This document shows positions 13,552 through 26,126 of a stretch of DNA of 64,000 bases, one piece after another. The notes beneath the pieces are model-generated. The model did not search any database. It worked only from the letters and a program-made list of their open reading frames with translations, and was not told the DNA's origin. The position numbers and the translations under genes were made by a program. This DNA is from Anthoceros angustus (Eukaryota > Plantae > Anthocerotophyta). Where the stretch lies: NCBI GenBank assembly GCA_010909165.1, contig MU008161.1, positions 558,001-622,000 on the forward strand, read 5' to 3'. Positions within the stretch are counted from its first letter, which is position 1. Each line of letters starts with the position of its first letter.

Positions 13552-14154
13552 ATGGCCACTTTCAAGCATCTGTGGGTACGAGCCTCCGTCCTCGCCACCC
13601 TCGTGGCATGCGTGCTAGCTCGGGGAGGCGGCGCCGGCGCCGACGCGCTCACGGAGCCGCAGAGAAGCGCGGTCCTCCAATTCTGGCCGCAGGTTTACAA
13701 CCAGACGGGACGGCAGAGCCTGCTGGTGACGGTGCCGCCGGTAGGACCGAACGGCTTCGGCCAGATCATCGTCTTGGACACCAACATCACCAACAGGCCG
13801 GAACCCAACTCCACCCAGATCGGGAAAGGCAACGGTGCCGTCTTCTTCGATAATCGGGAGTACCCGGGCTACGAGAATGCGATAACGCTGGTGCTCAACA
13901 ACAATAGCGGCGTCCCCCAAAACAGCAGCGTCAACTTTGAGGGCTTCACGCCCTACCCGTTCGTCTTCCCGCAGCCTTACAACTACTCCGTTGTGGGAGG
14001 AACCGGCGCTTTCGCCTGTGCCAGAGGAGTCTCCACCCAGTCTGTTTTCTCCTCCGACGCCACCCTCACCACCGTTAACGAAATCGCCTTCATCGTCTTC
14101 GGCTGCGGGTTCAACCCCGACAACGCCTTCTACCTCTTCTTCTCACAGCCATAG
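13552..14154 (+). CDS. Dirigent-like secreted protein, single exon, 200 aa
   Basis: N-terminal hydrophobic signal, FGQIIVLD and YSVVGGTGAFACARG (dirigent VVGGTGxF..ARG motif), several NxS/T sequons and strongly C/G-ending codons. Confidence 0.75.
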   Translation: MATFKHLWVRASVLATLVACVLARGGGAGADALTEPQRSAVLQFWPQVYNQTGRQSLLVTVPPVGPNGFGQIIVLDTNITNRPEPNSTQIGKGNGAVFFDNREYPGYENAITLVLNNNSGVPQNSSVNFEGFTPYPFVFPQPYNYSVVGGTGAFACARGVSTQSVFSSDATLTTVNEIAFIVFGCGFNPDNAFYLFFSQP

Positions 14155-14353
14155 CCATAGCCATAGCCATAGCCCCATAGCCCCATAGCCCAATAGCCCA
14201 ATAGCCCCATAGCCCCATAGCCCCATAGCCCAATAGCCCCATAGCCCCATAGCCCCATAGCCCAATAGCCCCATAGCCCCATAGCCCCATAGCCATAGCC
14301 CCATAGCCATAGCCCCATAGCCTTAGCCCCATAGCCATAGCCCCATAGCCATA
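14149..14353. repeat. Compound (CCATAG)/(CCCAATAG)/(CCCCATAG) simple repeat
   Basis: More than 25 short units; the array begins at the last codon and stop of the dirigent-like ORF. Confidence 0.95.
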
Positions 14354-14805
14354 GTCTTGTTTGTCTTAGGTGGAGTGTGGAGACGGTTGAATGGAAGTTT
14401 CGTTGCCCGCACGGCGTGATTGTAGATCTATCATTAGCCGAAACCAGCTAAACGAGTGGTGTAAATGCTGCGTGGGGACACGCGGACTGCACAGGGAACT
14501 TGCTGGAGAAGGAGGCAGGATGCTCACCAGCATCCTTGCTGCCTCGATAATACGTCATCTCCGTGAGTCATTGAGCGCTCTCTTACGAGATCGCTCGACT
14601 GACGAGCCTCCACGGATGATGCTGTGGGAGAGAGGGCGCCAGGTGAGCAGGCCGGCGCTTGGAAGTAGGTTGCTTGACACAATTGGAGTAGGATTGTAGG
14701 AGTAAGAAGGCTCGGCCATTGCGGGGCTTGAGTTTTTGACGATGACCCACGTAATTGAATTTCGACCGTTGCAGGTGGCAGCGTGGGTGATTTGAAGAGG
14801 CACCC

Positions 14806-16799
14806 ATGGAACGCAGCACCGGCACTGCAGGACTGGCGTTTGTGTTTGGATTGCTCTGGTTTTGCCAGAATGTAGTGTCGCTCGAATTGCCCGTGTGGAG
14901 TACTTTCAGCAGCTTCCAGCATGGGGCTGGGGTCAAGTCTCGGTCTTTTCTGTCGGAGCCCATCACGCTGGGCCCCGGGGAGGTCAGCAACAAGCTCTAC
15001 CGGATGGGGTTTCCCCAGGGCCATATTGCGATAAAGGGGTTCGATGGGGAGTTGGTGGATGAGGAGGGGAATTCTGTGCCTTTGCATCAGGTCTACCTCC
15101 ATCACTGGCTGCTGACACGGTGAGTCGTGGTGAGTGGGTGGATGTGAAGTGTGTGGTGAAGCAGGCAGGTGGGGAGGCCGTGGCTCTGACATTATTTGTG
15201 CAATGGAGCAGGTTCCATGTCGCAAATACGCCGGATCCGGATGGCGATTTCTCGCGGTATTTTAACTCTACAGTTGTCAAGCTTCGGAATGATGGGATTT
15301 GTCAGGACATGGCTTTGGACCAGATCTTTGGACTTGGTGCCGAGACCAGGCACACCAACTATGCCATCCCTGATCCGTATGGGATAGTTGTCGGTGATCC
15401 GGATGTAATACCGGCGGGATTTCATGAGGACTGGTTGCTTAATGTGCATGCCATTGATACTCGGTCAGCTCTGGATAGGATGGGATGCACTGAATGCAGG
15501 TAAGGGTTGTACAGATCCTTGTTGGCTTTTCTGTTTTCAAGCTCTCGGCTGACTGATATTCTGACAGCTAAGAGTTTGGTTTGATCTTGTGCAGGTGCGA
15601 CCTATACGATGTGGATGTCTCCTCCAAGTATGGAGAAGACCTAGCCAACTATACTGGGGGTGTGCTTTGCTGCGATGATGGATTTCAATGTGCACTGACG
15701 GCCAATTCTGTGCCTGGGAAGAAGACATACTACTTGAAGTACACCGTGCATTGGGTAGACTGGAGTCCAGCTGTTGTGCCTGTAAGAGTTTACATTTTTG
15801 ATGTCACGGACTCAAGGAAACGGAAAAAAGGGGACCCTTACCTGGGTTGTGCGGTAGGTCATTTATTAACTTCCTGCATCCAGATTTTGTTGATTTTGTT
15901 GGCGAAGAAGAGAGCCACAAAGTGAACTTGCGTGATGCACATGTGACAGGTCGAGTTCGATGTTCCTGTTTGCGACAGGAGCTTGCCATCAGTCTCATGT
16001 GTGCACACCGTTACCGGAACTATGCCACCTCTGCCTGAGGGCGGGCTAGTCGTGTATGGTGGCGGACACCTACATGCTGGAGGCTTGGGACTTACCATGT
16101 ATAATGAGGTGGGCTCTTTCTTTCGTCTCAGAAATTTCAAATTTTCGGCAATATGGACCAAGCAGCTTTCGTAGCTCGGAAGGTCACTGATACGAGTGTT
16201 TGAAGTGAAAGCCTGAGTGTTCTCCCTTGAGACTAGTGTGACCATGAACGAGTTCATGTTGTTGCAGGATGGTCGTGAGATTTGTACCTCAGAACCATTC
16301 TACGGGACAGGGACAGGGACAGCAGCAGGTGATGAGGCTGGCTACATTGTTGGGATGAGTGTATGCATGCCAACACCTGGAACTGTGAAAGTATACACCG
16401 GTGAGAAGCTCCAGCTTCAATCTCGGTACAGTTCACTTGCAGACCATACTGGTGTGATGGGACTGTTCTATCTGCTAGTGGCAGACTTCGATGCTTCTAC
16501 AGCTGAAAACTCTCAGCTTCAGTCATCCTCTTCCCCGTTGACTACGGATGCCCTGGTACAGTCCAGTCGCCTTATCTCTTCCTGTTTGGTGTTCACCTTA
16601 GGGCACACTATACATGCAGCTTCTCAGATAAGCACATGGTGCTAACCAAGTCCTGCATGTGGCTTCCCATCAGGTGTCTGCTTACGTGACGACAATATTC
16701 GGGCTTGCAGGAGTTATTGCTGCATGTGGCATCATCGTTGTAAGCCTTGTGTTCTTCAAGCGAAAGAAAGAGCTTCAACAATACGAGCGCCTTGGTTGA
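14806..16799 (+). CDS. SURNod19 family protein, copy 2; signal peptide plus C-terminal TM and YERL tail
   Basis: Same intron positions as copy 1 plus a seventh exon encoding a hydrophobic helix and KRKKELQQYERLG*. Motifs YLHHW, LNVHAID, HLHAGG and HTGVMGLFY are present. Confidence 0.92.
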
Positions 16800-17577
16800 G
16801 TGTGGTTGAGGGAGACGTAAGCTCTCACAATATGTGGTGACGTAAACAGTGGAGTGTAAAAAGAATGACGAGATGTCTAGTATGTACTTGCCTGTAGGCG
16901 TAGGATGACAGCAAGAAACTGGAATGTCTTGGCGAGAAGTCCAAATATCTGTACCCTATGCAACAACTGTATTGAAGTAGTTCGCGGGCCCAACCCGACC
17001 TCACCGGTACACAGCATTCTCTCACACCATCATCCGACGGCATATGGATGCATCATTTCCGCTTCTAGAACATAGAATACTCGGCGAGAGGGGAAGAAGG
17101 ACCACAAGTTTCTTGATTACGAATGCGATTCTTGGAACAGAGCACTCGTCGCGCCATCACCGACGCACATAGCTGACACACCGACGAGAACCTTGGCCAC
17201 GCACATTTCTCATGACAAATAAGTTCACTACAATATAAAAATGAAACAAAAAAGAGCTAGGTGGTTTCTCCCCTCGCGGACGGGAAGCTGTCCAGAAGCT
17301 GGTCGAGCATATTATTGCTCTTCTCGCAGCCTCTATAGATTCCAGGCCCTGGCCGGAGCGAGCTTGTTGAGCAGGCAAGAGCTGTTTAGCCACAGAAGAG
17401 GAGGAAGAAGAACAATTTGCAATTTGGTTTCTGAAAGGCTCAGGGAAGAGGAATGCAGTGCAGCTCGCGAGCGTCTGAAGGTGCGCGGCTTCGAGTTCCT
17501 AGATTCTCGTGAATTGGACATTTTTTGTTCAAGGTGCATTGTTGGAGATCTCGGGGCAGCTCTGATGGTTGTGGGAA

Positions 17578-19534
17578 ATGGGCGCAGGTATGGGCGCCAT
17601 GGCCCGTGAGCGCAGGAGCTGGATTCTTGGAGTCGGGTTGGCGTTTGGTTTCGGATTGCTCGTTTTGTCCCAGAATGCAGCCGCTCGGGAGTTGCCTGAA
17701 GCTACTAGTTTCAGCAATTTCAAGCGAGGAGCAGGAGTCATGTCTCGGTCGTATCTGTCCCATCCCTTCACGATGGGCCCTGGGGACGTGAGCGACAAGT
17801 ATTACCGGCTTGAATTTCCGAGGGGCCGGATAGGCATCAAGCGGTTCGACGCCGAGGTGGTGGATGAGGAGGGCAACTCTGTCCCACTGCACGAGGTGTA
17901 TCTGCATCACTGGTTGTTGGTACGGTGAGTCATTGTGCGTGAGCCTGAGCTCTGACTTGCAGGTGTCAGGGGCTGTGAGTGTGCAAGACTGACCTCGTAT
18001 CTCACATCATTGGGATGATGCAGGTACCATGTGGCGGACATTCCGGACCCGAATGGTCGTTTCAGCGAGCTCTTCAATTCTACAATTATCATGGCTCGGA
18101 ATGATGGAGTTTGTCAGGACACGGCTCTTGACCAGATTGTCGGAATTGGTTCTGAGACCAGGCGGACGAACTATAACATCCCTGACCCCTACGCCATAGT
18201 TCAGGATGATCCGGATGTCGTACCGGCAGGATTCCATGACGACTGGTTGCTTAATGTGCATGCCATTGATACTCGATCGGCTGTGGATAAAATGGGATGC
18301 ATAGAGTGCAGGTTGGTTAACGTCCTTGCTACTTGAAGGTCCTGTTGTTTTGCAGACCTTCACGTGGATTTTCTTTCTGGTGCAGGTGCAATCTGTATGG
18401 GGCGCAGTATACAGGTTCTGCGAATTATTCTGGGGGTATATGGTGCTGCAGAGATGGGTATCGTTGTGCAGTGACCGGTGAGCCTTTACCCGGGAAGAAG
18501 ACATACTACTTGAAGTACACTGTGCATTGGGTGGACTGGAATCCAAGTGTTGTGCCTGTGCGAGTATACGTGCTTGATGCAACAGATTCAGGGAAACGTG
18601 AAGAAAACAGGCAGAGTGTGGGATGCCTGGTGGGTTTATCATTGCCCTCATTCATTGTTTGGACTGTTTTGGTATGGAGGCTGTGGGACATGAGAGTTAG
18701 ACAGCCTGCAGCCTACAAGAAGTCTGACTCTCGATGCGTGTGTGGCAGGTTGAGTACAGTGTTCCTGCCTGCGACAGGAGCTTGCCCGCAGCGTCATGTG
18801 TGCATGTTCGCGAGGGGAATACGCCACCTCTGCTTAAAGGTGGTCGGGTTGTGTACGGTCTCGGACATCAGCATGCTGGAGGATTGGGAACAACTCTGTA
18901 TGGTGAGGTGCGTTGTCTTCTGACTTGAAGTTTCAGGCTTTCAGGATTATGCAACCAGCATGCCGTGGAGGGGCTGTTGGGGAAGTGATTTTTCTAGTAA
19001 AATTCGGTCTTAGTATGGTGACCAGAACTAGTTCATGTGGTTGCAGGATGGTCGTGAAATCTGCAATTCAGAGCCCATTTACGGGACAGGGACAGCAGCA
19101 GGGGATGAAGCTGGCTATATTGTTGGGATGACCGTGTGCTACCCACAAGTCAACATCTACACTGGAGAGAAGTTGCGGGTTCAGTCTCGTTACAGTACGC
19201 TTGAAAACCATACCGGTGTGATGGGACTTTTCTATCTGCTAGTGGCAGACTCCGACGATGCAGAAGCTTCGATTGTTGATCTTGCCTCATCCTTCTCCTC
19301 AATGACGCAAGATGTTGTGGTACAGTCCATTGCCTAAAAGTTATCTGCTGGTACTTAGTGTGTCTGTAGAGGAGAAAGGTTTAGTGGACCGCACAATTTT
19401 AATTTATTGTTCCGTCTTGGCAGGTGTCTGCGGTAACATTGGGGAAGTTAACAGCTGCTTGTACAGTCATTGTTGTGATTCTTGTACTTCTCACAAAACG
19501 GAGACAGGCCAACGATTATGAGCAACTTGGCTGA
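17578..19534 (+). CDS. SURNod19 family protein, copy 3; signal peptide plus C-terminal TM and YEQL tail
   Basis: Seven exons with YLHHW, LNVHAID, HQHAGG and HTGVMGLFY; last exon encodes a TM helix and KRRQANDYEQLG*. Start may be 17578, 17590 or 17599. Confidence 0.92.
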
Positions 19535-19723
19535 CTGTAGTACTGAATACTTATGTTGTGTTTTGTACGTTATGAAGGACATTGTTGACATGTACCATTC
19601 TGAACCTGAGAAGACACGCTTAGGATGGGGTAAAACTGTAACACAGGCGTAGAGTAGCTTTGGTGGGGACCATAATATGCTCCTCTATGTCACATACAAT
19701 TTTATGCTATGGAACAAATAATT

Positions 19724-21443
19724 TTATGATATCATAACCTGATTTGCGGTGGAGGCAGGTGGTTCCAACCGATAGCTGAATCCGGTCAAGGCTTCACTTG
19801 TAGACCATAGCTTGGTAGCTTGACCAAGGTCCTGGGCAGTAGAACTTGGTATCCTTTCCCTGCAATCGTGGTAGTATCCAATTGAGCGACCTTCGACGGC
19901 TGGTGAGGTAGCCAGGTAAACTGCAGTAGATGCTCCCTCCGCCGCGCTCTGCATCGCGTGAGATTAAACTCTGCTAGCTGTGAACCCAGTTACTCCAGCA
20001 GTAAGTACTGCGCACACTTACACGAATCGGAAGAACCTTCAGCATGACTTCTTGCAAGAAGGGGGGTATCGACATCATGTCTCTTGGGAGCAAATATCTG
20101 GCGAGCTGCACGCTTTGTGGTTCCGTTTAGTTAGCACACCCCACTGCTTTCACTGGCAATAAGTGCAAGAGGGATATACCTCGGTGGCAACGATGCCTGG
20201 ATGCATGCAATTACAGGTGATGGGTAGTTTTTGAGCCTTGCACCGCCTGCCAAGCTCGAAGGCAAAGAGCACGTTTGCAAGTTTGGATTGTGCATATGCG
20301 AGCCACGGCTGGTAAGCTGTGCAAGTAGGAGATAAAGTTAGATGACTATCAGCGAGTTTTGGGACCTAGTAGCACCGCAGATATATGCTACGACAAACCT
20401 CGAGAGCCTGTGAAATTGAGGTCATCAAAGTCTATTCTTCCCAAGATTTCAATGGCAGAGGCCAAAACCACTACCCTGGATGCAAACCTGTATAAGCCAA
20501 CAGAGCTTACCGCAGGTTAGTGACAGGAAAGTGAAGGAGCCTGGAAATGCAAAATATCAGGGACAATGTGCTTACTTGGAAGAGGCACTCCTTGTGAGAG
20601 TATCAAGAAGCCGACCAGTGAGAAGGAAATGTCCCAAGTGGTTCACCTGACCTTCGTATCTATCAGCATACTTCAGCAAAATACATCTAGGAAGGGTGGC
20701 ATATTCCCTACTTACCCCAAGCTGCTGCTCAAATCCATCTTCTGTGTATGCTTGGGGACAGGCCATGACACCGGCATTGTTTATCTGAAGACAGCCCGTA
20801 AGAGCTTCCGCGAACCAGCTCGAAAGAAACGGTTACAAACTGACCACCCATGCTCAGATTCCATCCCTCTCACCAGCACATGGAGAGGCCGATTGCTAGC
20901 TTTGTACTCCTCAGCAAATCGACGGACCGACTGGAGCGAAGCAAGATCGCAAACCATAGCACTGGTGCCATGGAAGTGCACCCGGAGTGAGAGTCCATGC
21001 ATGACAAGCAAGGTGCGAATTTGCAGAGAGATTACTGTCCGTGGAAACACCTGATAGAAGAGTTTTTGGTAAGATCAGCAATCTCTGCTGCTGCATTGAG
21101 CCCTTTCTCCTTGTCCCTGCATGCTGAGGTAAGCAACCTGTCAACTCGTGCTTTGGATCAAAGAAGAGGTGAGGACGTGTGTAGGAGCATCACCTAATGT
21201 TACTGCCATTCCCAGCCTGGCTAGTTCAATTGCAGTTGCCTTGCCGATTCCTGTAGAAAGGGGTCTTAAACAAAAGGCTCACTTCATTCTCTAAAGTCCT
21301 TAAGGCAAAAGCTAGCTCCTTGGTTGATCAGCTGCTTGCTTCACACCTGTGTTGGCGCCTGTGATCACCACATGCCTCTTGGGAGATTCCTCGCTGACCA
21401 TCATAACAATACCTCCATGTCCTGCCCTCTGTTCGGACCGCAT
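19724..21443 (-). CDS. Short-chain dehydrogenase/reductase, RDH11-14/WWOX-like (multi-exon)
   Basis: VVITGANT|GIGKATA (TGxxxGIG), [32 protein letters not shown], catalytic [15 protein letters not shown] and [13 protein letters not shown]. Start uncertain (21443, 21404 or 21401). Confidence 0.9.
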
Positions 21444-22075
21444 GACCGTGCATATCCGTCAAATCCTTTGCATGTCATTGGAAACAAAGCAATGTAACCT
21501 CTGTTTTCTCAAAACTCTGGGGAACATCTATCTGGGAAACGTTTGAGGCCACCTTCCGAATCCCAAGCGTACCTTATTCACATGCTGCGCAGCCGCAGTC
21601 AGGTTACAGGTGCGTCGCAAACCATAAGAGCAGAACTGATGCGCCCCGTGTGGAGACACCGCAGAAAGAGCTGCCATGCCCAGCACTTCTCATCAATGCC
21701 GGGACCGTTCATATATGCAACTTTCTCACGGACTACATTTTATGGGCGAATCCGATATTTCGAGGACCGGCAACAGCATGGCAAGCAATCTGTTTGCCAC
21801 CCTGCAGACTGCAACTAGGACGCATTTGTGGTAACCGACCCTCACAATGCACAAAGTGTGACCAGTCATGTTAAAACCAAATCTGTTTAAACGGTGATGG
21901 TATAATACACAAAGTGGCCTTAGACTCAAATCCAAATCGGAGAACCTATGTCTCTGAGGCCACTAGCTAACTAGACTACACTGTGCTGGACCGTAAAATC
22001 GCAGTATACACCCCCAAGAATGGGAAACAGCTGTCGAGCAGCATAAATCAGATCAGGCAGGGTAAGTCAGGAATA

Positions 22076-23257
22076 TCACAAGGTTAGCCTGAGGAACTGT
22101 ACAGCAAGGTAAAGGAGGGCAATGACCAACCCAATCTGGTACACGTCCCTCTGGAAGTTGTCTTCCACAAAAAACTTTCTGGGATCGCCAGAAGGGTCCT
22201 GGTAGTAGTACGACGAGTCGGAATCCTCATCTCTGCTGTCGATCAATTTCCTCAATCCACCTGCAACCAACGCTGCATCCTTTCCTAATTGAACTGCAGT
22301 GTAGGCCAGCCGGGACGACCAGAAGAAGAGCTGTACAGGCAAGGGAGAGGCGGACAGATCCCACTCCTCTTCATGCTCAGTGACCTGCCCGCTGATTTGG
22401 TTCAGCGTGTAGGTGGACACCACTTTGAGCACCAGCCAGTCCACTCCAGGAAGCCTAGGCTTCCCCCTCAGCGTCCAGTAAATCTTCAAAACGCTGGTAG
22501 AATGCATAAGCATCCCAGTGATGCTCACGGTGGAGTTCTCCAGCGCACCGTCCGCCCAGGAGGGCCGCTTGTACGCCTCCCGCCCCTCGAAGGACCGCAG
22601 CGGGTCTTTGTATTTCACAAAATACGCGTAGATTCCCACCGCTCTGTTCCCGTCTCTGATTCCCAGCAACTCCTTGGCAATCAGCCTGGCCGTCTGCTCC
22701 ACGGCGGGGCTGCTCGTGCACTCGAACTCATCGCACAATTGCGAGAAGCTCATGCCGTCCACCAGCTTGTCGGCCTCCGACCGGGGGAGAGCTTCCGACT
22801 CCACAACTGAGACGCCTTTGGACGAGCCCGCGTCGGCCTCCCCGTCTGCTGCTCTGGCCAGGAAGCACATGCGGAGAGGAGCGGGGGCCGCGGGTCCCGG
22901 GACCGCGCCAATTCTCACTGCGCGCAGGACCGGCACTGGAGGAACCTAAATCCACAGCAAATACAGGCTCAGAATCGCACCAGGAGGCGCATGCATTCAG
23001 GAGCAGGAACAGCAACAGGAACAGGAACGCATTAGCACCACACGGAGCTCCGCAGCAATGTCCCCTACTTGGTGCACCAGCCGATTGGTGCAGGCGAGCA
23101 TCCGTCTTGGCCCGTGGCAAGCCCGTCTTGCCGCCACAGAGAAGAAGACGGATCCCCAGCTTCTGCCCAGCCCGCTGTTGGCAGCAGCGTCCCCGAACAC
23201 CTGCTTGCCGGCGGCGAGCGGGTGGCAGGCAGCCGCGCTCACTGCATTGCCTGCCAT
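22076..23257 (-). CDS. DUF2358 / NTF2-like plastid protein with C-terminal TM (2 exons; intron 22946-23068)
   Basis: Ala/Ser/Arg-rich transit-like first exon joins in frame to DKLVDGMSFSQLCDEFECTSSP, YKDPLRSFEGR and LNQISGQVTEHEEEWD. Confidence 0.82.
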
Positions 23258-25990
23258 AGCCCCGGCCAACTACAATCCGGGACCAGTATGGGGCACACCG
23301 TGCGCGTCCAAGCCAAGAAACCCTTCCTCCCCTGCTTCTGCAACTGCCTGATCATCAACGGCCTCAACGTTTGCTCAAATTGCACACCTGCGAGGCTGCG
23401 AGCCAGCCCCCACCAGCCGAGCCGAACCGATACCTGCCCAGAACCTGCAGGATGCTAGCAATCCACCGTTCCACGCCGATTCTGCTCCACTTCCCGCAAT
23501 TGCGAGCGCTGGCAGACGAGCCAGCACTTCTCCACCCGAGTAACGAATTGTGGATCAGCGCAATCCGCTGAGGTCCCAATCCAGCCGACTCGAAACCCCC
23601 ACTTCTTTAATTCCCACACTAGAGGTCACTTATTCTCACACTGGTTAATTCTACACGTTAACAATGTAGATTCCACGGCCTAGTATATTTTAGTTTACTT
23701 CTCATTGATTTCTAGAGATGATTATTTATATATTAGCATAAAATCAACTGCGCTCTGTGGGGAGGGCGAGAGAAAACGCATGGGAACCATAGGCTTGGAG
23801 AGGAAAGAAGCAGCTATGACGATTCGTATGCAATCTCTCGTCGATTGTTTGGGTGTATTCTGATCCATTTTTTGTGTTCATAAGATGAAAGAGAACATTT
23901 TCAGCGGTGAGCACACCCATGAATTTTATCGAAGTTTTTTATCACACAATTGCATGCAATTCGCTATAGAGTAGACAAAAGTCGTGATTCACGACTTTTG
24001 GACGTTCAGGGGTTAAAACATCTATCAGGCGATTAGCCATGTTAGTTAAGCACACTATCACAAAAAGACCTAGAAACGCATAAGCTTTCTAATCAAGCAT
24101 GATGATATACGTCCTACATATATCAACTTGGATTCCAACAAGCCATAGATGCCGCATTGTGCGGGGCAAGCCAGCCAATGGGGCAGCACCATGTGGCAAC
24201 ATACTTCGACCACGACAAGTGCATGTGCTCATGTCGAGGGCTTGCTTGGACGTGCCTTGTTTTCTCCCAACTCAAGTTTGGGAAGTTTCATTTAGGATGT
24301 GAAGGACTTCTGCATTCATAACGCTTATACTCAGAGCTTCTGTGTGATTTTCGCATGCGACACTACATTGGTGTAGGATTTCTAGTGATCTAGGATCTCG
24401 TTTTGCCAATTGTACAAACCATAGAGAGAAATGCACTTGGCAAGAATCGTCATAGCCGTTCCTCACTTCATAGCACTTGCATTCCGTCATGGAATAGGCC
24501 AAGGCATATGTAGCTAGAAAGAGCTTCTTTGCCGCTTTCGGGGTTAATAGAAACAATCTCTTCCTTAGCGGCAGGCATGAATATATGTAGACATAGAAGT
24601 TTTAGAACCTAGAATTATTGTGAATGACAGAAGAATTCGCGATATCATACATCACTCCTAAATAGTCGTCCACAATCTAGAGGCATATTGGCTTCACATT
24701 TTACAAGAAAGCGAAGTCTTATCACAAGCCAGTGTTTAACCCTAAAATGATGAGGGGCTTTTTTGCAATTTTTCTGCACGTATTCTTTTGGAGGGCATGT
24801 TTTTTTCTTTGCATTTTTCTGTCAAGACTATAATTACGAAAGTGTCATTCCGTTCAAAATGATGTATGCTACTTAGGATTCTGATGAGTGTACACTCTTA
24901 CACTAAAATCCACGTAATTTTCCCATAGCCTCATTTCTTGGTTTTGGGGTGGAATCTTTTTTCTGTTTAGGATGCTATAGTCCACATTTCCTTGAGCAAA
25001 CATTTCCTATAATCCACATGGACATCCAGCACTATTATCTAGGCATGTGCAAAAACACGGAGTCAAAAAATCACGTTCGATTGTCAAAGAATTTTCAAAG
25101 GCCAAGAACCTTGCAAGGGCTCTAATCATGGTTACATGAAAACTACGTTCCACAAATTGTACCCACGTGAACGCACACAAAATCGTGGACTGCGTGCCGC
25201 GATGGCCGAGTTGGAGTGAGGCAAGAGAGCGCCTGGTTACAGGTAACCGCACATAAATTAGCATGGGGTTAAAAGCATCTATTGGACTCTTTGAGCTAGA
25301 GGTAGGATTTTGAGATTTATTTTTATTTTTTCAATATGATATTGAAGAACCAAACCACCAAAATATTATGCATGAACTTTTTAATTTCTCCAAAGTTCCC
25401 AGCATAATTTTATTATTAGTAATATATATATATAGTTACTATCAAATGCTCATGATTTCGTACTAGTTGGTTAGCTCACTCTACGGATTGGCTTTACAAA
25501 GTATGGGTTTTCTCCTTCTTCTCTACCAGCCCGACCATATGGTAAGCTAGATCTCTCCGGGGCATGGCCAGTCATAGACCTCCCCGCGACTCCATCTACA
25601 GAACTGGAAGCTGCATGCGCCCCACGGAAAGTTCCTGCGAAGGTAGGGTGGGTCACAAAAAGGAAGTGCCTACTTATCACCCACTAGTGGCAACTGGGCA
25701 GACTAATGTAGTAGAGGCCTCTTCGTTGGAGGTTTATGTCCCAAGTTTTTAAGAGCCTCTCATCTCTTAAGATTTTGGAGAGCCTTACTTCAATAATTAT
25801 TCAACTTCAAAAACTTTGACTTCAAATATAAGGGTGTTAGTGAGTCCAAGACTCATTTATTTGAGAACTCTTCAACTTTAAGAGTTTTAGAGCATGCATG
25901 TTATAGTGTGAGGATTTTAATGGTTAAGAGATATGATAAGAATAATACTTTACTTTGAGGATTTTCCAAAGAGAGCATTATTATTTGTGC

Positions 25991-26126
25991 GAGGACTTTA
26001 GTGGCTGAGAGTTATGCTAAGGATAATTATTCTTTGTGTGAGCACTTTAGTGGCTAAAAGTTATGCTAAGGATAATTGTTCTTTGTGAAAGCACTTTAGT
26101 AGCTGAGAGTTATGCTAAGGATAATA
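25991..26126. repeat. ~49-bp tandem repeat x3
   Basis: ACTTTAGTRGCTRARAGTTATGCTAAGGATAAT occurs three times, with a more degenerate copy near 25910. Confidence 0.85.

Noticed and set aside
14111-14338. Gly/Tyr/Trp repeat peptide ORFs (GYGAMGLW)n as a possible RiPP precursor beside copper enzymes
   Set aside because: These are antisense readings of a simple repeat with mixed 6- and 8-nt units that do not preserve frame, and there is no signal peptide. Stranded RNA-seq or Ribo-seq would be needed to revive the idea.
22076-23257. DUF2358 (SnoaL/NTF2-like) gene as a cyclase in the proposed cluster
   Set aside because: It looks like a conserved plastid-targeted protein, in a different compartment from the secreted proteins.
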